Translations under genes and position numbers: made by a program | Notes under the pieces: generated by a model | Databases searched by the model: none | Told to the model about the DNA's origin: nothing | Seen by the model: only the letters and a program-made list of their open reading frames with translations | In this document: one piece after another, positions 20,601 through 31,100 of the stretch | How positions within the stretch are numbered: the stretch's first letter is position 1 | Layout: the number at the start of each line of letters is the position of its first letter | Assembly (NCBI GenBank): GCA_020137815.1 | Contig: CM035350.1 | Span: forward strand, 3,410,001 to 3,474,000 | Length of the DNA: 64,000 nucleotides | Origin: Hormiphora californensis | Taxonomy: Eukaryota; Animalia; Ctenophora | Direction: 5' to 3'

Positions 20601-22111
20601 ATAATTAGTTTACTAATTAGTTAATTAATTGATTCCCCCCTCAGTATGCTGTGTTGATAGAACCGTTGCCCTGGTTAAACCTATTGCCTACAAACAAATA
20701 ATGAGTCACAGTGTCACTCTTTCTGCTGCAAGAGGTGAGTGGCAATACATCTATCTGAATTTCTGTAAGTTTGTTGTCCGAACTGTGACTCAAGTGAACC
20801 AAATAATTTTACCCTTTCTTTTCTTCAGGATGCTGGTTGATCGCAGCGGCCATTATTAGTACGTTTGTCGTGGCGTTTATGATTGAAGAGAAGGAGTGGA
20901 AGGTCTACCGTAACCATAGCAACCTAGCACTCTGTGATCCCCAGGTAACCATATAGCAACCTAGCACTCTGTGATCCCCAGGTAACTATAGCAACCTATA
21001 GCACTCTGTGATCCCCAGGTAACCACTAACCATGCATAGCAACCTAGCACTCTGTGATCCCCAGGTAACCACTAACCATGCATAGCAACCTAGCACTCTT
21101 TGATCCCCAGGTAACCACCAACCATAGCAACCTATACCATACAATATTACCATTTGAAAACCTAACCCCTGTTCTCAAACCTAGATCAATTCTCCAGTCA
21201 CCCGTGCTAACCTCATTTTCCTTTTCCAGTACCTTTGGTCGGATCCTTTGCGATCAAACAACACAGTCCTACCGCGGGTTATCAAATCAGTGCTGGCATG
21301 CCTTACAGGAGTTACTATTATGTTCGTGTGTATTTCTAATACTATTGTGGTTATGATCCTGAAGCAAAGATCTCGTCGAGCCATGTCAATCATACATGCA
21401 CCCTCCAGGTCGGTGGGGCAATTGTGGGGGAGGGAGGGAGGGAGGGAGGGGCAATTAGATGATAGTCGATAGGGGCAATTTCAATTGTGGGGGTGGGGAT
21501 CAGCACTGGGCTGTCAAGGCAAGGTCTGACGGAGGAAGGAGGGCGAATCAGAGGAGTAGGACAAGGGGGGGGGGGGGGGTGCAATGGAAGGACAGGGCAG
21601 GGGCAGAATCAATAATTTATTTTCTCACACTTCTCTCCAATCTCCAGGAAGACGAGAAAAGATCGTCCCGCTGCTCCGATCAGTCGCATGGCAACAGAAG
21701 TATCCCTGACAACGATCACAGATGATACTCTGACAGAGACGGAGAACAGTGTCTCCAATCTTAACGGCAAAAACCAGGGGTACTGCAAGAGGCTAAAAGT
21801 GAAGGAGAAGGTTGCGACCGAGTCTGTTGTTATTCTGGGGACTTATTTCATTGCCACATACGGGACTTTTATTATCCTACAGTATTTCATGCCAGTTGGG
21901 TTTTATACTGTCACCTCGGTCACCAAGTACAACACGCTGCCTGCTAGTCCAGCTGCTTTTACCGCTGAACAGCTCTCTAAACCCGCTCGTTCATTACTGG
22001 CGGAATGCCAAGATCAGGAGAAGGGTCAACCGACTTCTCCAATCAATTTGCCATCAAATCTTCAAGAGTCCCCCAGCTCCCTCTAGCAGGCATGGTATTG
22101 GGAGGAAATGA
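17624..22111 (+). CDS. Rhodopsin-class (family A) GPCR, orphan
   Basis: Exons 17624-17692, 17899-18066 (TM1 GMVSNSLV, TM2 LCMTDLL), 20310-20439, 20645-20734 (CCVDRTVALVKP, DRY variant), 20829-20944 (TM4 CWLIAAA), 21230-21408 (TM5), 21648-22111 (TM6; TM7 NSSLNPLVHYWRN). One frameshift between TM6 and TM7 (~21895-21935). Confidence 0.85.
18080..20240 (+). repeat. ~45-bp G/A-rich minisatellite in GPCR intron 2, interrupted by the foldback at 18723-20062
   Basis: Unit approx GAGGGGTGAGGAGGGGAGAGAGGGTGAGGAGGGGGATAGAGAAGGA; the pattern resumes after the insertion. Confidence 0.9.
18723..20062. mobile_element. 1340-bp near-perfect foldback element, CACGG...CCGTG termini, 4-bp TSD (Chapaev/CMC-like)
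   Basis: Arms of ~660 bp with very few mismatches (mirror ORFs 18813-19190 and 19596-19943) and a short spacer near 19385-19400. Flanked by AGGG/AGGG. Confidence 0.9.
20909..21133 (+). repeat. 37-46 bp tandem repeat of a GPCR exon end plus 5' splice site
   Basis: ...TAGCAACCTAGCACTCTGTGATCCCCAG|GTAAC with junctions at 20944 (true), 20981, 21018, 21064, 21110. Confidence 0.9.
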
Positions 22112-22392
22112 GGAACTTCCTCGTTGAGAAGAGGGAAAAGGGGCAAAACAAGAATTGTCTTTACTCTTTAGCTGCTTTGAAAAGACAATATATGTGTTTA
22201 AATGTTTGTCATTTGTGTAAAACTGGGGTGATCGTACCGATCGCAAATCAAGGGATCTGAATTTCGCATCTCTTGCATGTGATATGATCCCTCATTTGCA
22301 TTTCCGGGTAACGTGATCCGATTCCGATACGTGATACATATTTACGAATCATGTTCTCAAAATGACATGATGTGATCGTCAGATCATAGTTA

Positions 22393-22598
22393 GGTTTGCG
22401 GTAAATGTTAGGGCGTCCTGGTACATAACAGAGCTCACGAAATTTACAGATACATACAATCAATAGCAAATCCTGCGCTGACAAGTGCACAGTGCAGCTA
22501 CGTCTTAGTAGTGTTAGGGTTCGATGTTAGGGCTGAGGAATAGGGCTGGGATTTACCAAATTATGTGTACCAGAACGTCCTAACATTTACCGCTTACG
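22393..22598. mobile_element. 206-bp MITE related to 8344-8715
   Basis: TIR core GCGGTAAATGTTA/TAACATTTACCGC. 9-bp TSD TCATAGTTA/TCATAGTGA (one mismatch). Confidence 0.75.
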
Positions 22599-23123
22599 TC
22601 ATAGTGAGATGTTTGTTGTCATTTGTGTGTCATTCTCGTCTGCGTGTAAAAGAGGGTTCTTACATGTTTCAAAAATGGCGATGATGTTGTTTTCTTGTTC
22701 TTGATTTTCTTTCCCGTAAAACCTGTCTTTTGGAATCTCTTTGAGAAGCTTCTGAAACAATCCAAATTAAAATGAAAGTGGGGCACACTTCCAGTTGTCA
22801 AAGCTTCTACAGGAAATTAGGTACGCCGTTTCTAGGAATTGTAGTGAAGTTAGCAGTATAAAAGGAGAGAGATAGAAATGGCGTGCCTGATTGAGTTGTC
22901 ACAAAATAAAAGGGTGCCGAGTTGATAAAATGGGAACTGGAAGTTTCGAAGAAAGGGAACACTGTCATACAGAACAATAAACATCCTTTCTCTCACTCTC
23001 ATTCATTCTCTCTCTCACAAAATATCTCAGTTTCTGGCGAGCAGTGTCCCTCTCTCTCTCTCTCTCTCTCTCTGCAGCGGCTGATGTGATTGATAAACAC
23101 TAGTATAGGATCCCGGATTTCTT

Positions 23124-26100
23124 TCATCGGTCCAAACGTTGGGTCAGGCCATTCGTTCCCTCGAATTTCCTTCCATAGTCGGCTGGCGACATGTAACTGG
23201 CTTTAATCATCTTGCCTGTAGAGAAAATATTTGTAACATGTGAAGAAACCTTTTTGTGCGTGTTACATGTTACAAAGTGCTACGTGTCACACCCCCCTGG
23301 TAAATAGTATTCGAAACAGATGTCATGATTTGGTTCTGCCCAAGTCTTCCAGTTCTAAAAGTTGACCATAAAAAGTTCAATCTGGTGCACTTTTTATGGT
23401 AAACTATAATTAAGATTTCAACCTATTTTTAGCGAAGTTGTCTCGCTGTTCTACTAGAACTTCTAGAGAGAAAGTGACAGCTAGACACCGAACTCTTTAG
23501 AAAATCAAGAACTTTAACTTGTGCCCCGGGAGGGAGTCGTAATTTATTGCACTTTAAAAAAAAGGATTCCCGTATGACAAGTCCTAGAAAATCAAGATGT
23601 TGTCTACCCGGGGGCCTACAAATTTGTGAGGGGCGCGGTGAGACAGGGTCGAACGAGGCAAGTGCAGAATTAAGGTGATGACCCCTGGTCCCCCCCCCCT
23701 GGTTCCCCAAGTATAAATTACCTGAGAACCACCGTCCCTGTAGTGAATTGACACAAGATGTGGCCACTGGGGTGTTCACCGCTTTAACGTACACACAACC
23801 GTTAGGGTCATGGGGATCAACATAAATGTGAAGTACACCCCCCAAGTTGGTACATTCCCCCAACACATCGGATCGGATCTCATCTGCCCAGTTGGGATCT
23901 TGTTCGCTGAGAGGGGGAAATATAATATCAATGAGAGGGAGGTATTTAAAAGTATATCAATGGATTACATCAATGAATTAGAAAGTTGTGTTCCCTCCTT
24001 CTCTCTCTCTACAAACCTTGCTGGGCTGAACATGTTGCTGAGCATGAAACACTCGGTTGGTCCCTGAGGAGCGCCGCCGCCCCCACCTGTCCCTCCGAAC
24101 ATTTCCCTAACTTTCTGACTCAGGTCCGGGGCAGCAGGTTCAACAGGGGGAGCTGGTGGGGCAGTTTCTGTGGCTGCTGTGTGCCTCGCTCTCAGTTGGT
24201 TACCTATCAGGGTACAAGAGTTATATACACGGGATAACAGTTCTTGTGTTTATTGGACAAGTTAGACTCGCTGGATATTATTGGATGAAACCAGATATTT
24301 CGGTGTTTAACACCATCATCAGTAGTAGCTCAAATTAATTTGTTTAAAGTAGTGTTTCAAACTTTTCAACACTACTTTAAACAAATTAATTTGAGCTACT
24401 ACTGATGATGGTGTTAAACACCGAAATATCTGGTTTCATCCAATAATATCCAGCGAGTCTAACTTGTCCAATAAACACAAGAACTATTATCAATCATGAG
24501 ACTCAAGAATAGTCAAGCGCTACATTATTTGTACACGGGATAACCATGCGATGGAATTAGTATCATCTAGAATTAAATTAGTATATCGCAGCTCATCATC
24601 GTCACGTTCGGTATGGAGCGTGATCAAAAAAGGTGACACCTATTTATCTAGTTGGGGAAATTAGACATGCTTATCCCGTGCTTACCAGTGGCAAGTTTCT
24701 GCATCAGTTGAACCCGGGCATTAGCGTTCATTTCAATACCTCCCCTGTCTGTGTCCTCATCATCTAACACACTAGTCATACTGGAGAGTGAGTTGTCCAA
24801 CTTCTCTGTGACCTCCCCGACCTTAATGGGATTGCCAGCCAACTCGAACCCGTTCAACTGCTCCTTAGCCCTCCGTGCACTCTCTGGGTCTCGATATTGA
24901 ACGAACCCGTACCCTCGGGACCTGTTGGTCTCAGGGTCGATCATCAACTGCAACGAATCAATCTGGAAAGAGAGTTATTGAGGATAGAAAGTGTAACGAT
25001 TCAAGATTCGGGATGGTATATATTCCCCATATTTGTATGATACGTTACTTTGAATAACTAACTTTGAATTCACAAAACTTACATATCCAAAAGGATCGAA
25101 GATCGCCTTCAGCATTTGTTCCGTTATATTGCAGTGAAGTCCGCCAACATAGAGTCGAGTGGGACCCTGTTCCTTGGCCATACTGGCTAGCATTGCAGCA
25201 CGATTCTTCTCAGCCTGATAAAATAGTTTTAAGAGGGAGCTGGTAGGTGGCCGTCCAACCGACTCCTCCGACAAGGAATATAATGACACTATTCACAGTG
25301 AGCTAGTACTGCTGCACGAGGGGCATCGTACCTGAGTATGCTGTACTTGAATTGGAATTCCCATGATTTTAGTTCCACTAAGTTTTAGGGCGGGTTGCAC
25401 GGCGTCTTCATCAAAGAACTCTATGTATGCAATACCCTTGCACCGTCGACTGTTTCGATCGGAGATAATTCTTACATCTCGCACCTTATATGGAAGTGTA
25501 TGTCAAAATCTCTTTTCCTCGTTATGACAGGTGGGGTGCGTCGCAAAAACAAGAAAATGAGATGTTTAAAAGACTAGAAAGCCCATTGTAGTCTTACAAC
25601 AACCCCCCCCCCCCCCACCCGTCTCTTATATGCCTCCCCCCTCTCAATCTTCGTCTCTACGAAGGTTGGTAGTGGTAGAGCGCTGGTGATCAAAGGAAAT
25701 CCCACTGATTAACATGTAGAATCAGGTGATAAAGATCCGTAGAATTGTAGCTGTGTAGAGAATCAACGGGGTACGTAGGTAGAAAGGCTTTGGCAATCAT
25801 GGAGGTCCCAGCAGTAGATCCCAAAGCACCACAGGAATAACACAGGAACACAGCAACAAACAAACAATAACATGCACGTGCAGTATCCCCTCCCATACCC
25901 CTCCCAGAGCACCTCCTTGGCAACCCCCTCTATTTGCACGTGATGATAGGTCACCACCATCACGCCACGCATTTGCAAATTATAATAAGGATAGGGAGGG
26001 TTCTGTGGTTGTCAAGTTGTCTAATCTTTCCATCTCTCTCTCTCTCTCCCTCTCTCTCTGTCTCTCCCTCTATTGTTGAGCAAGATTTGTTCCAATCAAG

Positions 26101-27513
26101 GGCGGGAAATGGTGGTGAGTTGTCAAATACTTAGTGGAAGGGGATATAGTCATCGGGAGTTTGTCAAATACTAATAGAGGAAGTGTCAGGGGTGTCGTAA
26201 AACATACCTTGCCAACTTGAGAAAAGAACTCCTCGAGATCTTTAGCACGGAGACGTGTATGCAGTTGCATACAGAACACAGTCCTCTTGTCCCGCTCCTC
26301 AGGTGGTATTTCAACATCGTACCCGCGTGCTGCGTAGCCTGGCTCACTAAGGGGTCAGTGTGTTTAGTTTTGGGGGAAGATGGATCTCGGTTGGACCAGT
26401 AGCAGTTGGACCAGTAACAACTAATAACTTTCCGGCTGGGAGGTGTACTTACTTGGCAGACCTCCAGTGAAGGGAACTGGATCTGCTTCGCTTTCTCCCG
26501 CCACTCCTGCTCCTCCTTCTACTACCACGGTGCCTGCTCCCTCTATTTGAATGACCCCTGTCCCTAGAGCGACTTCTCCGGCTGCTCCTACTCTTTTTAC
26601 TCTTCTTGCTCTTTCTGTCTCGCGATCTCCTCCTCTCGCGAGACTTCTTTCGAGACCTACTTCGGCTCTTGCTCCGACTTCGGCTCTTGCTCCGACTGCT
26701 ACTCCTCTTTTTCCTGTCCCTGTGAGATATTTGGTATGTTCTAACCACCCTTTACATTTGTGCGGGGCGCCGTGAAACATGAAATTCATTCGCAAATTGT
26801 AGTAGGGGTGGTGTGGGTTATACTCACTTGGATTTTTTGCTGGACCCGTTCTCCTTCTTTTCGTCCTGAAATGAAGGAGATGGTTAGAGAAGTGAAACAG
26901 AATATGATGTGTCTCTCACTCCCCCATTCTCTCTCCCTCTCCCGCAGTAAGACTACGGTCTAAAGTTTCGCACGGGGCGTCCCACACAACGGAGATGTGG
27001 GGAGGTGATGTCCTTGGAACTATCGTATGGTCCTGCGAAGAAAGGCGCAAGGTCAATTCGGAGTCTGCTATAATGTCGGGTGAATTGAGTGCGGGACACG
27101 TGATATGAATGGAGAGAGAGGGGACAAGAGAGAAATATGAGATGTATGTGTGTCTCTCCCTCTCTATCTATCCGCTAGAGGGTCGAGGGAGAAACGTCTT
27201 ACCACGCTGAAGAGTAGAGGAAACCCACGAATTGCTCTAAGAGTGAGAGAGAGGGATGTTAGCAGGGAAATGTGATGTCCGTATCTTATACACACCCCAG
27301 TATACACTACTATACATCTCTATACACGTCCCCCAGTATACATCAGTTATTCCTTATACGGCCAAACGGGGCCTAATAATGCTAACAATTTGCACTTTTC
27401 ACGACAGTGAGCGCGGGGCATCCCGCGCGCGGCGCCCAACTTACTGCCTCCTGTTTTCGTTTCTCCAGTGGTGCATCCAGCATAGCTTCTATGTCCATAT
27501 CGCTATCCGCCAT
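23124..27513 (-). CDS. RBM39: RNA-binding protein 39 (CAPER-alpha; RS domain, two RRMs, UHM)
   Basis: Exons 27513-27445 (MADSDMDIEAMLDAP), 26865-26828, 26719-26453 (RS), 26346-26208 (RTVFCMQL), 25484-25332 (KGIAYIEF), 25214-25083 (GPTRLYVGGLH), 24962-24686 (RGYGFVQY), 24203-24017 (CFMLSNMF), 23906-23722 (UHM, GRWFSG), 23215-23124 (stop). All phases consistent. Confidence 0.95.
24233..24491. repeat. ~260-bp near-perfect palindrome in RBM39 intron
   Basis: GATAACAGTTCTTGTG...CACAAGAACTATTATC with ~10-nt loop near 24357-24367. No clean TSD; a 13-bp direct repeat TACACGGGATAAC at ~24226 and ~24532. Confidence 0.9.
25574..25991 (-). mobile_element. Third copy of the non-autonomous Helitron, in an RBM39 intron
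   Basis: A|TCCTTATTATAA...GGCTTTCTAG|T on minus; colinear with 11351-11793. Confidence 0.85.
26920..27032 (-). other. Candidate 113-nt cassette (poison) exon in RBM39 intron 1
   Basis: Acceptor CTTTCTTCGCAG, donor GTGAGA, leaving a 54-nt intron with CTAAC. Contains two stem-loops. Confidence 0.4.
27203..27236 (-). other. Candidate 34-nt frameshifting poison exon in RBM39 intron 1
   Basis: CTAAC branch point, CCCTCTCTCTCACTCTTAG acceptor, exon AGCAATTCGTGGGTTTCCTCTACTCTTCAGCGTG, donor GTAAGA. Confidence 0.6.
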
Positions 27514-28129
27514 GATGTGTTCTGTAGGGGGGAACTTGGGCTAGCTAAAAAGAGGGGATAGTGTTACTTGGAGTAAGTTCTATAAATAAGAGGAGGAGAG
27601 AGAAGGTGGGGTTAGAAGTGGTAGAAAAGTGGCGGGAAAAGACAATGGTACCCATATTCATATAGAGAAACAACGATTCGACAAATTATCCACCGTTGTG
27701 TTATAATAAATATAACAATAAAACAATTGAAAATATAGAACATGTGCTTTGAAAAGGAACGCTATTCTTCAAAAAGGAAAAGCGGAGAAACACGAGGGTT
27801 GTGAATTTACCCTCTTTTCCCTCTTTTTTTTCTAACTTCTGTTTACTCCCCCGGTTAGTATAATAGCGAATGTAAGTACAGCTAAATGAATCCTATCTTT
27901 CTCTTTCACGTTCTCCTTTATCAACAAATGTATGAAAATGATTAAAAATTTTAAACAAAGAAAAACACCGGCCAGCGTTCATATACACACACACACACAC
28001 ACGCACACACTCATACTGACATGAAGACAAACTCTCTCTCACTCTTTCTTGTCTAACATGTTTCCTGTCCTACTACTACAGAGAGTGGAACTTGAAACAT
28101 GCCAAACACAGCCTAGATCCCTATAACTA

Positions 28130-31100
28130 CTACCGCTGTTTACTCGGAGAGTCGTCTGGTATTGCTATAGGCTCTGTAGAGTTCACTAGTATGAGGGGTT
28201 GGGAGGGCTGCTGAGGGGCGGGAGGGGCGCCACCCGATTGTTGTAGTTGTTGTTGCTGTATGTAGGCTTGGAGTTGCTGCTGGAATAGTAATCGCTGTGC
28301 AGGAGCCATCTGGGAAGGAAGGGGGTTATATGGATGAGTGGGAGGACCGGTGTGTGGTGTGTGGTAATTAGGGTATCCGGGAGGGGGATGTAATAATTGG
28401 GTGGGACTGTTGTGTGTGCTCTCTTTATCTCTCTCCCTTTCTTTCCATATATCTCTCTTTTACACACGTGAAGCCTCATTAGTGGTCGGTCGACATGTAT
28501 GATAACTGACTATCCCCTTATTCACAGTGTGAACTCACCCGACAGTCGACACCCCAATTTTGAAAACGGCCCCGATTACCGAACCCATATTTTACTAGAC
28601 TCTGAGAATTATGAGATTCGGGGCGCAGTGAGACAGGGTCGAACAAGGCATATAAACCCCCATCCAGGGGTGGCGGAACCGGGGGAATCGAGCAAATTTT
28701 GCTTGCAAAATCAAGTTATTACCAAAAATTTATCAGCGCCCCCCACTCCTGGATAAAAATTATTCCGCCATCCCTGTCACTATCCCACAAGGTACCCCAC
28801 GTCACAAGGTACCCCATCCCACAAAGTACCGTACCCCCACCCACAAGGTACCCCCACCCCCCCTGTCACCATCCCTGTCACCCCTGCCACCATCCCACAA
28901 GGTACACCAGCCCACCTGTAGAAAAATCATTCCGCCACCCCTGTCACCATCCCACTAGGTACCTGACTAAGAAGGTGTTGGGTGGGGAGGTACCTGACTA
29001 AGAAGGTGTTGGGTGGGGAGGTACCTGACTAAGAAGGTGCTGTGTGGGGTACCTGACTAAGAAGGTGTTGTGTGGGAAGGTACCTGACTAAGAAGGTGCT
29101 GTGTGGGAAGGTACCTGACTGAGAAGGTGTTGTGTGGGGAGGTACCTGACTAAGAAGGTGTTGTGTGGGGAGGTACCTGACTAAGAAGGTGTTGTGTGGG
29201 GAGGTACCTGACTAAGAAGGTGTTGTGTGGGAAGGTACCTGACTAAGAAGGTGTTGTGTGGGAAGGTACCTGACTAAGAAGGTGTTGTGTGGGGAGGTAC
29301 CTGACTAAGAAGGTGTTGTGTGGGACGGTACCTGACTAAGAAGGTGTTGTGTGGGAAGGTACCTGACTAAGAAGGTGTTGTGTGGGAAGGTACCTGACTA
29401 AGAAGGTGTTGTGTGGGGTATTAGGTACCTGACTAAGAAGGTGTTGTGTGGGGAAGTACCTGACTAAGAAGGTGTTGTGTGGGGTATTAGGTACCTGACT
29501 AAGAAGGTGTTGTGTGGGGAGGTACCTGACTAAGAAGGTGTTGTGTGGGGAGGTACCTGACTGAGAAGGTGTTGTGTGGGGAGGTACCTGACTAAGAAGG
29601 TGTTGTGTGGGGAGGTACCTGACTGAGAAGGTGTTGTGTGGGGAGGTACCTGACTGAGAAGGTGTTGTGTGGGGAGGTACCTGACTAAGAAGGTGTTGTG
29701 TGGGGAGCACAAGGTACCTGACTGAGAAGGTGTTGTGTGGGGAGGTACCTGACTAAGAAGGTGTTGTGTGGGGAGGTACCTGACTAAGAAGGTGTTGTGT
29801 GGGGAGGTACCTGACTAAGAAGGTGTTGGGTGGGGAGGTACCTGACTAAGAAGGTACTGTGTGGGGAGGTACCTGACTGAGAAGGTGTTGTGTGGGAAGG
29901 TACCTGACTAAGAAGGTGTGGTGTGGGGAGGTACCTGACTAAGAAGGTGTTGTGTGGGGAGGTACCTGACTAAGAAGGTGCTGTGTGGGGAGGTACCTGA
30001 CTAAGAAGGTGTTGTGTGGGGAGGTACCTGACTAAGAAGGTGTTGTGTGGGGAGGTACCTGACTAAGAAGGTGTTGTGTGGGGAGGTACCTGACTGAGAA
30101 GGTGTTGTGTGGGGAGGTACCTGACTAAGAAGGTGTTGTGTGGGGAGGTACCTGACTGAGAAGGTGTTGTGTGGGGAGGTACCTGACTAAGAAGGTGTTG
30201 TGTGGGGAGGTACCTGACTGAGAAGGTGTTGTGTGGGTAGCATCCTGGCCAGTTGTGCCTGGTGTATTTGCTGGGCTTGTTGCTCCTTTATACTATTGAT
30301 AAAGACCTGCTGCTGATCAGGGCCCAGCCCTAAAATATGCAGTTTACCTGTGGAGGGGGGGGGGACTTATTAGTATAAATTGTGGCAAGAGGTTAATACA
30401 TCCAATGTTGTCAACAAAAAAGGAAACAAATAGATTTCACGTACCATCACCGAGTGGTTTGACCTGAAGTTTACCAGCCTGCACTACCGGCAACAACTGG
30501 GCCTGTATTGACACTATCTGGTCAGGGGTAAACCCGCCCAGTATCAACTCCTGCTCGTTAGAGTACAGGGGGGTTATAATAGGGCCTTGGTAGGCCTGGG
30601 TGTGAGCTTTAAGACGCTGGAACACACTGGTAGATGCGCCCATGGGAGCGTGGACAACATGTTTCCTCTCCTTGTCTCGTTTGAAGTTTTCCCACGCTGC
30701 TTTTCGTTCCTCCTCTGTTAGCTGTTGCTCTGAGAGGTGGGGGTGTGGAGTTAGTGTTGCTCTGAGAGGTGGGGGTGTGGAGTTAGTGTTGCTCTGAGAG
30801 GTGGGTGTGTGGAGTTAGCTGTTGCTCTGAGAGGTGGGGGTGTGGACTGTGGAGTTAGTGTGTGGGTGGTGGGGTCCTATTAATGCTGTTGTGTGTAGGG
30901 AAGATAATGTTCGGTAGTGGCCAGTGGGTAGTTCTTTGGAACACATTTTGAGACAAACAATACTGTATGTTCTCACCAGGTCTGTGCTCAAGAAGTGAGT
31001 CATGTTCATGGTATTCCAACACCAAAGGTGGATCCAGGTCCACCAGGATTGATGCTAACACATCATCAGCAGGAGGGTTGTGGTTGGCCAGTACTGAAGT

